A stretch of 64,000 bases of DNA, from positions 34,269 to 98,268 of the forward strand of contig JAWCRZ010000001.1 in the NCBI GenBank assembly GCA_038868995.1. Reading direction: 5' to 3'. Below the pieces are notes generated by a model that was not told where the DNA came from, did no database searches, and was given only the letters and a program-made list of their open reading frames with translations. This stretch comes from Candidatus Woesearchaeota archaeon (GTDB lineage Archaea > Nanobdellota > Nanobdellia > Woesearchaeales > ARS49). A program made the position numbers and the translations under genes. Of the stretch, positions 8,097 to 17,871 are shown in pieces. Within the stretch, counting starts at the first letter, position 1. The number at the start of each line of letters is the position of its first letter.

Positions 8097-9320
8097 TTAC
8101 CGTACAGCATAATAATCTTCCAGCACTATGTTCCCAACAGCGTCAAGGTCTTTTGCCTGGGAGAATCTTCCTTCTCCGATTTTGGTTATTTGTTTTGCAA
8201 GGTCGATTCCTGCGTTGTCGAGTTGTATGCCTACCAGCGAAATAGTAATGCCGGCGCTGCGTGCAGCACTGACTGCTTTTAATGTCTCAAGTTCCGGTTC
8301 TTTGCCCACGGTTGGAAGCGCATCCGTTAGGATTATCAAATGCTTGGTTTCGCCGGATGGAGGGAACAGTTCAATGCTTTTTGAAATCATTGCTGCAAAG
8401 TCGGTCTGCCTGCTTGCTTTGATGCGTGAGATTGCCTGCAGTAATGCTGAAAAGTCCCTTGTTGGTGGAAGTGACTGTTTTATCTCACTGCCAAATACGA
8501 CAAGACCGACATCATCTTTGTCTTGTATTGCATTATAGGCAAGTGCAATTCCTGCTTTCTTGCTTGTTTCCAGTTTTTTTCCTTTCATGCTTGCTGAAGC
8601 GTCAAGTGCAAATATGAGTGACACCCTTCCTCGTCCTTCTCGTTCTGATGTTATCAAATCATGCGTGTGCAAACTCCTGTGCTGCCTTCTTATTGCCATA
8701 TGCACTGATTTTTTGACATTTATGTCTTTATACCGGTCTCCTTTACGGTAATTTCGGCTTCCTGCCTTTTCGCCATAGTGTTTTGCTTGTTTGTTTATTT
8801 TCTCCCCCATTCTGTCTTTTGTGATGAATTTGTCCAGTTCTTTTACAAGAACAAGCGCTGCAAGTTCATTTCCTTTTCCTGTTATAATTCCTTCAGTATC
8901 AAGCAAATTTTCGTCTTTTAGCTTGCCTATGTTTTCATATAGTGCTTTTTGCAATTCTTTTCTGAACTCTGGTATTTTCAAATTTTTCTCAATGTAATTT
9001 GGGTCATACCCTGTAAGCAGCCGCAATAATTTTTGCCCATACAATTGTTTTGCAATGGAGAAATTTTTTGTCATGCTTGCAAATAGCAAATCTGGTGTAA
9101 AAGCCCCAATTCCTCTGTTGGTTGCTTCTTGTATCATCTCGGCATGCTCGACTGTTTTTTTGTCTCCTGCCAGCGCAGAATTCATCAATTTGTCTTCAGT
9201 GTATTGCTTATGGAGTTTGCCTTCAGCGGCTTCTCCTTGGGAGATGTCTTTTACTTCCTGCTCGAGGTCAAAGGCCACCACCACCGGCAAGCTCAGGGTG
9301 TTGCCCTGAGAACGCGTCAA
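8097..9320 (-). CDS. vWA (MIDAS) domain protein, ChlD-like C-terminus
   Basis: ALDASASM (DxSxS), RQTD and ILTDALPT; start uncertain, probably a GTG near 9280. Confidence 0.88.
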   Translation of the reverse strand: MTRSQGNTLSLPVVVAFDLEQEVKDISQGEAAEGKLHKQYTEDKLMNSALAGDKKTVEHAEMIQEATNRGIGAFTPDLLFASMTKNFSIAKQLYGQKLLRLLTGYDPNYIEKNLKIPEFRKELQKALYENIGKLKDENLLDTEGIITGKGNELAALVLVKELDKFITKDRMGEKINKQAKHYGEKAGSRNYRKGDRYKDINVKKSVHMAIRRQHRSLHTHDLITSEREGRGRVSLIFALDASASMKGKKLETSKKAGIALAYNAIQDKDDVGLVVFGSEIKQSLPPTRDFSALLQAISRIKASRQTDFAAMISKSIELFPPSGETKHLIILTDALPTVGKEPELETLKAVSAARSAGITISLVGIQLDNAGIDLAKQITKIGEGRFSQAKDLDAVGNIVLEDYYAVR

Positions 9321-10284
9321 ACTGCTCTTTGATGAACTCTTCGTTCGTCTGCAGGTATCTGACGCTTGGCTTCAGCTCTATGCGGTGAGCGAGGACTGAG
9401 ATTAGTGCTTCTGCAAGATCTTCTGCAGTCACTGTTTTTCTTTTTGCCAGGTATGCGTTTGCCTGTGCTCTTTCGTAGACGCCGAGCGATGCCCTGACTG
9501 ATGGTTTTTTGAGTATGTTTTTGTGCTCGCGCAATGTCCTGACAAACAATATTCCTACTGACAGAAGGTCGTCTTCAAATTCTATTGGGAGTTTTTGCCC
9601 TTTGCCCAGAACTATTCTTTTTTCAATATCCAGGCTTTCAGGGTATCCCATATGAACAATGTCAAACCTGTCGAGAAATACATCTGATAATTTTTCTGTT
9701 GCAGCTGTCTCTTCAGGGTTCATTGTGCCGATAAAAATAAAGTTTGCCGGCAGGTCAACAGTGTATGCTCCCAGTGTTGATTTTCCTTCTTCAAGTACCT
9801 GCAAAAGTGCATTCTGTAACTTTTCAGGGCACCTGTTCAATTCATCAAAGAATAGTATGCCTTGGTTTGCCTTGAATATTTTGCCTGGCGTGAATGCTTG
9901 TATGCTTGTTGGTCCAAATTGCAGTGCCTTGACAGGATCTATATCTCCAAGCAAATCCTCTACTGTCAGGTCGGGGCTTCCTTGAACTCGCACAAATCTT
10001 TCCTCACCAGCCACCTTTTTTGTTTTTGGCTTTTTAACCTTGCATTCTGGGCAAAGCGGATTCTTTGGGTCGCAGTTGTACTGGCAGTCGTTGACTGTGA
10101 GTGCTGGCAACAGGCGTGCAATGTTTTTTGCAAGTGTTGTCTTGCCTATGCCTGGCGGACCGAGAATTATCAAATGCCTGTCCATCAGTAAAGCGCTTTT
10201 CAGCTGTTGTTTTGTTTTTTCCTGGCCGAGTATGTCTGTGAACGGATCTGACTGTAAAAAGACCTTTTGGAAGTGTTCTCTCAT
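9268..10284 (-). CDS. AAA+ ATPase, ChlI/MoxR-like
   Basis: GPPGIGKT Walker A, LFFDELNR Walker B, GTMNPEE, DRFD; CQYNCDP..LCPEC insert as in ChlI. Confidence 0.9.
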   Translation of the reverse strand: MREHFQKVFLQSDPFTDILGQEKTKQQLKSALLMDRHLIILGPPGIGKTTLAKNIARLLPALTVNDCQYNCDPKNPLCPECKVKKPKTKKVAGEERFVRVQGSPDLTVEDLLGDIDPVKALQFGPTSIQAFTPGKIFKANQGILFFDELNRCPEKLQNALLQVLEEGKSTLGAYTVDLPANFIFIGTMNPEETAATEKLSDVFLDRFDIVHMGYPESLDIEKRIVLGKGQKLPIEFEDDLLSVGILFVRTLREHKNILKKPSVRASLGVYERAQANAYLAKRKTVTAEDLAEALISVLAHRIELKPSVRYLQTNEEFIKEQFDAFSGQHPELAGGGGL

Positions 10285-10318
10285 GGGCTTTAGAAAGACG
10301 CACGCTTGCTTTAAATAC

Positions 10319-10594
10319 TTACCGCCTGCGGCGTTTTTTGATGCGCTGTGCTGCCTTTTTGAGAAGTGGCTTGGCTTTTTTGATTCCGCGCTTTAGTTCC
10401 TGTTTTGCGAACTGTTTGATACGCTCTTTTTCTGCCTTTATTTCAGACATTATTCCGCTCATCAGCTTGCGTGATTCTGCCTTGCTGATGATGCCCGATT
10501 TGACCAGTCGTCCTATGTCTTTTTCCAATCTTCTTTTTGCCGCAGCCGCCATGCGTGCGCCGAATTTCACCGCTTTTTTAATTTTTTTTGCCAT
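10319..10594 (-). CDS. Phasin-like basic amphipathic protein
   Basis: Helical, I.RLVKSGIISKAESRKL pattern; directly downstream of a UbiB-family kinase, a recurring gene pair. Confidence 0.55.
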   Translation of the reverse strand: MAKKIKKAVKFGARMAAAAKRRLEKDIGRLVKSGIISKAESRKLMSGIMSEIKAEKERIKQFAKQELKRGIKKAKPLLKKAAQRIKKRRRR

Positions 10595-10633
10595 GGTCCC
10601 CTCCGTGGATTCTTATTATTTAAATTTTATTCA

Positions 10634-12265
10634 CTAATCGTGCGGGTCATACGGTGTTGTATGCTCGCGTGTGATTGAAATGAAGAGTATTATTACAAAT
10701 ACACTTGCTACCGTCAGGCTTGCAAGCGAGATGATGCTGTAATCAGCTATTTTCGGCCCGATGTTTATCATCAGGCTTCCTGCAAGTATGCAGGCTGCCG
10801 CTATTAATGCATAGCTGAGCCGGTTGCTTGACAAGTTCAGGTCTTTGCCAATGTGCCTGAACTGGGTGTCTTTCAAGCTGACTGTTACGCCGTATTCTCT
10901 GAGTCGGTCAATGGTGTCAAGCGTTCTGGCAGGAAGCTCTGAGATTGCTTCCGCGAAAAGGCGCGCCCGCTCGGCAAAATGCTTGATTTCTTTTTGGGGA
11001 GCATGTTGTTTTTTTAGCAATTGCGTAATCCGCGGTTGTGAATATGTAACAAGGTTGAAATGCGGGTCAAGCAGGTGCGCTGTTGCTTCTACAGTCATCA
11101 TTCCTTTGCCGAGCAGAATGGTATCTGCTGGCATTCTTATGTGGTGCTTTGCGCAAAGTATGAATAGTTTGTGCAATAATTGTGATATTTTTCTTTTTTC
11201 TGGGTTTGATTCCCACCAGGAATAGACCAGTTCTCCTACATTCTCAACAAATGTGTTGATGTCTGTTTTGCTGCTTGGCGTGCCGTACTTCAAGAGTATT
11301 TGAGCGATATGCCGTGGGTCACGTTCAAGTACGGCGAGATAGAGTTCAAGCCCGAGTTTTCTTGTTCGTGTATCAAGGTGCCCTACAATGCCAAAATCGA
11401 GCAGACCTACTTTGTTGTTTCCCATCAAAAGGACATTGCCAGGGTGCAGGTCGGCGTGGAACGTGCCGCACGTGAATAATTGGTCAACAAAGGCGTCAAC
11501 TATTGCTTTTGCTGCATGCGGTTTGTCTGTTATTTTCATTTCAGAAAGCTTGGTGCCCTCGAGGTATTCCATTGCAAGAACTCTTTCAGTCGTGTAGGGC
11601 CAAAAAACCTTTGGAATGACAACGTTTCTTGTCTTTACACAGGAGCATATTTCTGAAATATGACTTGCTTCAATTGTGAAATCAAGTTCTTTTTTGGTGT
11701 AACGTTCGAACTCGTCGACAATTTGTGCTATGTTGATGTTGTTGTGAAGGTGTTTCTGGAGTTTTTGTCCGATATAACGGATAATTGCAATGTCTGTTGA
11801 GAATTTTTGGTGCACGTCTTGGCGCTGTACTTTTATGGCGACAGCTTTCCCATTTCTCAGGCGTGCCTTGTGTACTTGGGCTACGCTGGCGCTTCCTAAT
11901 GGCCGCGGATCGATGTGTGTGAAGATAGCTCGCCAGGGCTTTCCAAATTCCACTTCAATTGTTTTTTCAACTGCCGAAATTGGCTCTGGAGGTACTTCGT
12001 CCTGCAGTTTGGCAAATTCATCGCAGTATTCCTGAGGGACAAGATCCGGTCTGACGCTGAGCAGCTGACCGAGTTTTATGTAAGCGCCGCCAAGCTCTTC
12101 CATTGACATGCGCAGACGTTTCGGCATGTCTTCGGGAAGTTTTGCGCTTCGCTTGAAGATTGGCACATACCATGCAAATCCGTATGTGCTGAGAATTCCA
12201 CCAAGGCCATGTTTGGCGAGAACAGTGATGACTTGCTTGATGCGTACAACATCCTCTTTTTGCAT
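10634..12265 (-). CDS. AarF/ABC1/UbiB-family atypical kinase
   Basis: YIKLGQLLSVRPD, ASVAQVH, VAIKVQR, HADLHPGN, LDFG; two C-terminal TM helices. Confidence 0.93.
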   Translation of the reverse strand: MQKEDVVRIKQVITVLAKHGLGGILSTYGFAWYVPIFKRSAKLPEDMPKRLRMSMEELGGAYIKLGQLLSVRPDLVPQEYCDEFAKLQDEVPPEPISAVEKTIEVEFGKPWRAIFTHIDPRPLGSASVAQVHKARLRNGKAVAIKVQRQDVHQKFSTDIAIIRYIGQKLQKHLHNNINIAQIVDEFERYTKKELDFTIEASHISEICSCVKTRNVVIPKVFWPYTTERVLAMEYLEGTKLSEMKITDKPHAAKAIVDAFVDQLFTCGTFHADLHPGNVLLMGNNKVGLLDFGIVGHLDTRTRKLGLELYLAVLERDPRHIAQILLKYGTPSSKTDINTFVENVGELVYSWWESNPEKRKISQLLHKLFILCAKHHIRMPADTILLGKGMMTVEATAHLLDPHFNLVTYSQPRITQLLKKQHAPQKEIKHFAERARLFAEAISELPARTLDTIDRLREYGVTVSLKDTQFRHIGKDLNLSSNRLSYALIAAACILAGSLMINIGPKIADYSIISLASLTVASVFVIILFISITREHTTPYDPHD

Positions 12266-12360
12266 GTATGCCTTGACGGCTGATTTATTTAAATACCTTG
12301 TGCCAACGCATATATATAGTATCCGAACATTTAAAAAGGGTTGGCTATCTTCAAAGCTAA

Positions 12361-14568
12361 ATGTACGAACTTATCATTACGGAGAAGCCAAACGCAAGCA
12401 AAAAGGTGGCTGAGGCATTGGGAAAGCCGGTGAAAAAGGACATCAAAGGCGTGCCTTATTATGTTGTTTCGCACGGCCGCAGGGAAATTGTTATCGGCTG
12501 TGCGGTTGGTCATTTGTTCGGGCTTGCTGAGAAAAAGAAGTCAAAGGGATTTGCTTATCCTGTTTTTGACATTGAGTGGGTTCCTACTTTTGAGATTTCC
12601 AAGGGTGCTTCTTTTACCAAAGCGTATTTTGAAGCGCTGAAAAAATTGTCCAAGGAGGCAAATTCGGTGACTGTTGCAACCGACTACGATGTTGAGGGTG
12701 AGGTTATTGGCTTGAACGTCGTGCGTTACATTTGCAATCGTAATGATGCCAAACGTATGAAGTTCTCGACTTTGACCAAAGATGAGCTTGTTGAATCATA
12801 CGAAAAAGCATCGTCTCATCTCGACTGGCCACAGGCAGAGGCGGGTGAAACGCGCCATTTTCTTGATTATTTCTATGGAATTAATCTGTCTCGCGCATTG
12901 ACACATGCAATCAAAAGCGCGGGTATGTTCAAGATTTTGAGCACAGGTCGCGTGCAAGGTCCTGCTTTGAAGATTGTTGCCGACAGGGAGCGTGAAATCA
13001 AGGCATTCAAGCCAGCTCCTTATTGGCAGATTGAGCTTCGGGCGAAAGTGAAGGATGGAAACTTTGTTGCCTGGCACGAGGCTGACAAGTTCTGGGAGAA
13101 AGACAAGGCAGATGCTGTTATGGATGCTCTGAAGGGTAGGAAAAAGGGAATAGTTAAGGAAGTTTCCAAGGGACAGTTCAAGCAGAATCCTCCTGTGCCT
13201 TTTGACCTTACCAGTTTGCAGACAGAGGCATATAGGTGTTTTGGAATTAATCCCAGTGTTACGCTTGCCATTGCGCAGGATTTGTACACAAATGGGTGGA
13301 TTTCCTATCCTCGTACAAGTTCGCAGCAGTTGCCTCCAAGCATCAACTTTCACAAGATTTTGAAGGATTTATCAAAGCAGTCCGCCTATAAAGAATTGTC
13401 AGGAATGCTTCTGCAAAAAGCAAAGCTGGAGCCCAACAATGGAAAAAAGACGGATCCGGCGCATCCCGCATTGTATCCAACAGGAATAGCGCCGAAATCT
13501 TTGGAGGCAAGGCAGGCGAAGGTGTATGATCTTATCGTTAAGCGCTTTTTCGCTACATTTGGAGAGCCGGCAGTGCGTGAGACGGTGATTGCAAAAATAG
13601 ATGTTAATAAGGAAATTTTTGTTTCAAAGGGGACGCGCACTGTCGTGCCTAACTGGCACGTGTTTTACGCACCTTATGTGAAGCTTGAGGAGGAGGAGCT
13701 TCCGGAGATGAAGCAGGGTGAGGATGTTTTAGTAAAGGAGATAATTCAGCATGCTGAAGAGACAAAACCTCCCAAAAGGTATACCCCTGCCTCTCTAATT
13801 CGTGAGCTTGAAAAACGCAATCTTGGTACAAAGGCGACGCGTGCTGAGATTGTTGAGACATTGCGAAAGCGCAATTATGTTCAGGGTGAAGCGATTGCCG
13901 TTACTGAATTGGGGATGGAAATTATTTCCATTCTTGAGAAATATTCCCCTAAAATACTTGATGAAGAACTGACTCGGCATTTTGAGCTTGATATGGAGCT
14001 TATCCGTGAGAACAAGAAGCGGCGTGATGAGATTTTGCAGGAGGCAAAACACGTGCTTACCGACTTGTGTGCCGAATTCAAGTCAAAAGAAAAAATGATT
14101 GGCGAGGAGCTGAAAAAGACATTTACTGAAACACGTGCTGCCATGACCACTGTTGGCAAGTGCTTAAATTGCAAGCAGGGGATGTTGATTTTGCGCACTG
14201 GTAAGTTTGGCAGGTTTATTGCGTGCGACAAGTATCCTGACTGCAAGACAACGTTCAAGTTGCCTGCTTCGGGTCTGGTTGAGGTTACTCAGAACACCTG
14301 CCAGCACTGCCATTTTCCCATTGTTAAAATGATCAGGAAGGGCAAGCGTCCTCAGGAGGTCTGCATTAACGTTGACTGCCCGAGTAAGACAGTTCCTGAG
14401 ATTGCCGAAAAGACCTGCAAGAAGTGCGGGGAGGGCAAGATGATTTTACGCAAGAGCGTCTATGGCGCATTCCTTGCCTGCAACAGATTCCCAAAATGCC
14501 GGATGATTGAGAGAATCCCCGGCCAGGATGCGGCAAAGAAAAGCAGGGAACAATCACAAAGTTCTTAA
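12361..14568 (+). CDS. topA: DNA topoisomerase I (type IA) with C-terminal Zn ribbons
   Basis: TEKP, ATDYDVEGE, STGRVQGP, ISYPRT (catalytic Tyr), LGTKATR; CxxC repeats at C-terminus. Confidence 0.97.
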   Translation: MYELIITEKPNASKKVAEALGKPVKKDIKGVPYYVVSHGRREIVIGCAVGHLFGLAEKKKSKGFAYPVFDIEWVPTFEISKGASFTKAYFEALKKLSKEANSVTVATDYDVEGEVIGLNVVRYICNRNDAKRMKFSTLTKDELVESYEKASSHLDWPQAEAGETRHFLDYFYGINLSRALTHAIKSAGMFKILSTGRVQGPALKIVADREREIKAFKPAPYWQIELRAKVKDGNFVAWHEADKFWEKDKADAVMDALKGRKKGIVKEVSKGQFKQNPPVPFDLTSLQTEAYRCFGINPSVTLAIAQDLYTNGWISYPRTSSQQLPPSINFHKILKDLSKQSAYKELSGMLLQKAKLEPNNGKKTDPAHPALYPTGIAPKSLEARQAKVYDLIVKRFFATFGEPAVRETVIAKIDVNKEIFVSKGTRTVVPNWHVFYAPYVKLEEEELPEMKQGEDVLVKEIIQHAEETKPPKRYTPASLIRELEKRNLGTKATRAEIVETLRKRNYVQGEAIAVTELGMEIISILEKYSPKILDEELTRHFELDMELIRENKKRRDEILQEAKHVLTDLCAEFKSKEKMIGEELKKTFTETRAAMTTVGKCLNCKQGMLILRTGKFGRFIACDKYPDCKTTFKLPASGLVEVTQNTCQHCHFPIVKMIRKGKRPQEVCINVDCPSKTVPEIAEKTCKKCGEGKMILRKSVYGAFLACNRFPKCRMIERIPGQDAAKKSREQSQSS

Positions 14569-14577
14569 ACCATTCTT

Positions 14578-16374
14578 TTGTTATTCGCGATGATGAAATG
14601 GGTGATAATATTCCTGTTGGTTTGCGCTTCAGTAAGCGCGCAGGAGGTTTTGAATAAAGGTAACATCACTTTGCTTGCGCTGGTTGAGAACGGTACAAGC
14701 AAATCAGGCAGCGTTGCATCTTTGCAGTTGGAATTGCGCCCGGGAAGCGAGCGCGTGTTTCTTGAAACATTCCCGATGACAAAGGTTACCACGCAGGCGT
14801 CTTTGCGTTTTGCCCAGCAGATTGCGTGCAAGCAACTTGATATCGACTGCTCTAATTATGATTTCCTGTTTACTCTGCACGCATTGCCTGGTATTGTTGG
14901 CGGTCCAAGTGCTGGAGGCGCGGCTGCATTGCTTGCGTCTGCATTGCTTCTGAATAAGACCCTGCCTCCTGATGTTGCAATGACAGGCACTATTAACAGC
15001 GGTGGTATTATTGGCCCTGTTGGTGGCTTGCAGTTCAAGATTGATGCTGCTGGAAAGAATGGAATTAATACCGTATTGCTTCCTAAAGGCACTGTTGAAG
15101 TGAAGGAGGGTAATAAGACAATTAACCTGGTTGAATACGGCAAAAAGTTCAATTTGACTGTGCGTGAAGTTGCGACTCTAGGCGAAATAATGGAGCAGGT
15201 GCTTGGAGTTCCGCAGGAGATTTCTACTGAAGAATTGCGTATTGAGGGTAGGTATCAGCGGATTATGAAAGAGGTTTCTGACGATTTGTGCCGGCGCAGT
15301 TCTGAGTATTTCTCAGTGCCGCTGAGGGATAATTTGACCCAGGCATTGAATTTCACTAAACGGGCTGTTGCAGACCAGGAAAAAGGCGCATATTATGCAG
15401 CCGCTTCTTATTGTTTCAGGGCGAATGTTGAATACCGTAGCGAGTGGTATCGCGAGCAGAATTTTACCAGGGAGGAGCTTGAGAAAAGGGTGGCAAAGCT
15501 GAATGAGGAAGCTGATAATGTAAAGAGCGGAGTTGAGTCACGCAACATTACCACTTTGACTGATTTGCAGACATTTATGGCCGTGATGGAGCGTATTGAT
15601 GAAGCCAAGGATTTGCTGCAGGATGTGTCTGACGACTTGAAGAGCAACAGGACTGACAGCGCAGGGACTGTTGGCTTTGCTGAGGAGCGTTTGTTTTCAG
15701 GTATTACCTGGTCAAGATTCTTTAACGGGCAGGATAAAACGGTAATTATTGATGCTCCTTCTTTGCAGTCGGGCTGTGTTGAGAAGATTTCAGAGGCGGA
15801 AGAGCGTTACAATTATGTTAAGAGCGTTATTCCAGAGGCGCTTGACGCGACTCGTGAAGACATTGACAAGGCGTATAATCTGCTTTCTAATGGGAAGTAC
15901 ATTATGTGCATTTACACTGCAGCAAAAGCAAAGTCAGAAGCAGACGTGCTGCTCAGCTTGATGGGTGTTGAGGAGCAGCGCTTTAATGAGGTTATTGACC
16001 TGAAATTGCAGGTCGCGCGTAATGCGTTGATGAAAGCCCAGCATAAGAATGTGTTTCCGATTATTGCATATAGCTATTATGAATATGCAAACTCCCTCCG
16101 TGATTTTGACAGGGTGTCTTCCTTGTTGTTTGCGGAGTATTCTCTTGAGCTGTCAAATCTTGACTTGTATTTTGAAGAAAAGGCGCCTGTTGCAAGGCCT
16201 GTTGTGCCAAAGATTCCTGCCCAGTTTTTTGCATTTCTTGCTGGAATGGTCACCGGCGCGGTTATAATCTGGATTATTGCGCGCCAGATTGCCAGAAGGA
16301 GCGTTTCATCTGCTGGCAAGTTTCAAACCCTGCAAGCGCCGCGTAAGCGACGCCTGCGAGGGAAAAAGAGGTGA
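14578..16374 (+). CDS. Secreted, membrane-anchored Lon-like (S16) serine protease without an ATPase domain
   Basis: Signal peptide; GGPSAGG, MTGTI..GG.IGPVGG...K Ser-Lys dyad; C-terminal TM. Confidence 0.88.
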   Translation: MLFAMMKWVIIFLLVCASVSAQEVLNKGNITLLALVENGTSKSGSVASLQLELRPGSERVFLETFPMTKVTTQASLRFAQQIACKQLDIDCSNYDFLFTLHALPGIVGGPSAGGAAALLASALLLNKTLPPDVAMTGTINSGGIIGPVGGLQFKIDAAGKNGINTVLLPKGTVEVKEGNKTINLVEYGKKFNLTVREVATLGEIMEQVLGVPQEISTEELRIEGRYQRIMKEVSDDLCRRSSEYFSVPLRDNLTQALNFTKRAVADQEKGAYYAAASYCFRANVEYRSEWYREQNFTREELEKRVAKLNEEADNVKSGVESRNITTLTDLQTFMAVMERIDEAKDLLQDVSDDLKSNRTDSAGTVGFAEERLFSGITWSRFFNGQDKTVIIDAPSLQSGCVEKISEAEERYNYVKSVIPEALDATREDIDKAYNLLSNGKYIMCIYTAAKAKSEADVLLSLMGVEEQRFNEVIDLKLQVARNALMKAQHKNVFPIIAYSYYEYANSLRDFDRVSSLLFAEYSLELSNLDLYFEEKAPVARPVVPKIPAQFFAFLAGMVTGAVIIWIIARQIARRSVSSAGKFQTLQAPRKRRLRGKKR

Positions 16375-16546
16375 TATTGAAATTACAGTGTTAAGTGAGC
16401 ATAAGATGTTTTATCGCCCCTTACACCCCCTGTTACTACTCATTTATAGTATAGAAATATATAAATCTTTCGTTTTTCGACTACTTAAAAGTAACAACAA
16501 GATAAGCTGGAAAGAGTTTATAAATAGCAGGAGATGAAGTTTATAA

Positions 16547-17425
16547 ATGAAACAGGCAGTGCTGTTCCTTGTTTTAGCCGGCTGTACGACAGGGTTGTTT
16601 ACAGCTGTTCCTGAGGAAACCGGCACGATTGATGTGTTTTTCTGCGACAAGGTTGATTGTGCTCAGGTTTTCGCGGAAAGGGCGGAGCATGCCAGCGAGA
16701 TCGCGTGCGCAATGTACCACGCCGACAGGCTGTTTTTGGGGATTCTTGAGGGCAAACAAAGCAGAATGATTGTTGATGAAGGTCACCCTTGGCCTGGTGC
16801 AGTGGTTGAATCCGGCAATGGCCTGATGCATAACAAGTTTTGCGTTTTTGATGGCGAGTTCGTCTTGACTGGCTCCTGGAATCCTGCTCAGGGGATGTCA
16901 ATCCCAAATAATGTTGTGTTTGTGCAAAGCAGGACGCTTGCCGCTGCATACCTTGCAGAGTTTGAGGAAATGTACCGTGGTCGGTTCCACGGGGGGCGTC
17001 CAAATCCTGGCATTGTAAAGCTGAACGGGCAGCTGGTGGAGGCGTATTTCTGCCCTGAGGACCAGTGCCAGAAAAAGGTTCTTGATGCACTGCGTTCTGC
17101 TGAAAAATCAATACACTTTATGACATTTGCTTTTACTGATGATGAAATCGGAGACGTTCTTCTGGAGAAAAAAAGAACTGGTGTTGATGTTCAGGGAGTT
17201 TTTGACCCGCGAAAGGATAAATACAGCGAATATGAAAAGCTGAAGGATGTGTCGGTTGTTGCCAAGGTGCACCATAAGGTGTTTATAGTGGATGGCTCCA
17301 CCGTCATCACAGGAAGTTATAACCCTTCAAGAAATGCGGATGAGCGGAATGATGAAAACATCATTATTATCCGCGACCCCGCTATTGCACGGCAGTATGA
17401 GAATGAGTTTGCACGGTTTATTTGA
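16547..17425 (+). CDS. Phospholipase D-family lipoprotein with two HKD motifs
   Basis: LAGC lipobox; HNKFCVFD..TGSWN and HHKVFIVD..TGSYN. Confidence 0.9.
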   Translation: MKQAVLFLVLAGCTTGLFTAVPEETGTIDVFFCDKVDCAQVFAERAEHASEIACAMYHADRLFLGILEGKQSRMIVDEGHPWPGAVVESGNGLMHNKFCVFDGEFVLTGSWNPAQGMSIPNNVVFVQSRTLAAAYLAEFEEMYRGRFHGGRPNPGIVKLNGQLVEAYFCPEDQCQKKVLDALRSAEKSIHFMTFAFTDDEIGDVLLEKKRTGVDVQGVFDPRKDKYSEYEKLKDVSVVAKVHHKVFIVDGSTVITGSYNPSRNADERNDENIIIIRDPAIARQYENEFARFI

Positions 17426-17828
17426 TTAGTTCATGCTTCTTCAGAATGGTTTTCATTTTTTCAAAATTTTCTGATTGCCTGAACTGGCGTAATTGTTCAT
17501 CTGGTAACTGGCGTATAATGTTGAGGGTTATTTTTGATATTTCTTTTATGTCTGTTTTGGTGTCTTCTACTGCCATTTTCATGCGCATAAGCTCTTCATG
17601 AGGTGGCTCTTCCCTTTTGAAGAATTTGGTGAGCATGCTGTCTTTTCGCTTGTTCTCAGGCGCTTTTTCGTGGTATACTTCCACTTCTTCATGCAGCTCA
17701 ATGTGCTCAGGTACTTTCTTTTTTGGTATGATTTTCTGTACTAGTTCATTTAGCTTTTTGAGATTTATGCCGGCACGTTTGCGCGCGCGTAAATATTCTT
17801 CCATATCTTTGTCGAATTCGCGTGACAT
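17418..17828 (-). CDS. Hypothetical charged protein
   Basis: Start reassigned to MSREFDKD; the track's N-terminal extension runs through a repeat element. Confidence 0.65.
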   Translation of the reverse strand: MSREFDKDMEEYLRARKRAGINLKKLNELVQKIIPKKKVPEHIELHEEVEVYHEKAPENKRKDSMLTKFFKREEPPHEELMRMKMAVEDTKTDIKEISKITLNIIRQLPDEQLRQFRQSENFEKMKTILKKHELIK

Positions 17829-17871
17829 AATCTGGTTGAGCGGAAGGTCGTTTAAAAAGTTATCTATAGAA

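Noticed and set aside
8097-10284. Magnesium or cobalt chelatase function
   Set aside because: No ChlH/CobN or tetrapyrrole genes in the window; a generic AAA+/vWA chaperone is more parsimonious.
16328-16375. Degenerate fourth copy of the palindromic repeat (CCTGCGAGG shared)
   Set aside because: Lacks both flanks and the TGGTGC/GCACCA inverted repeats.
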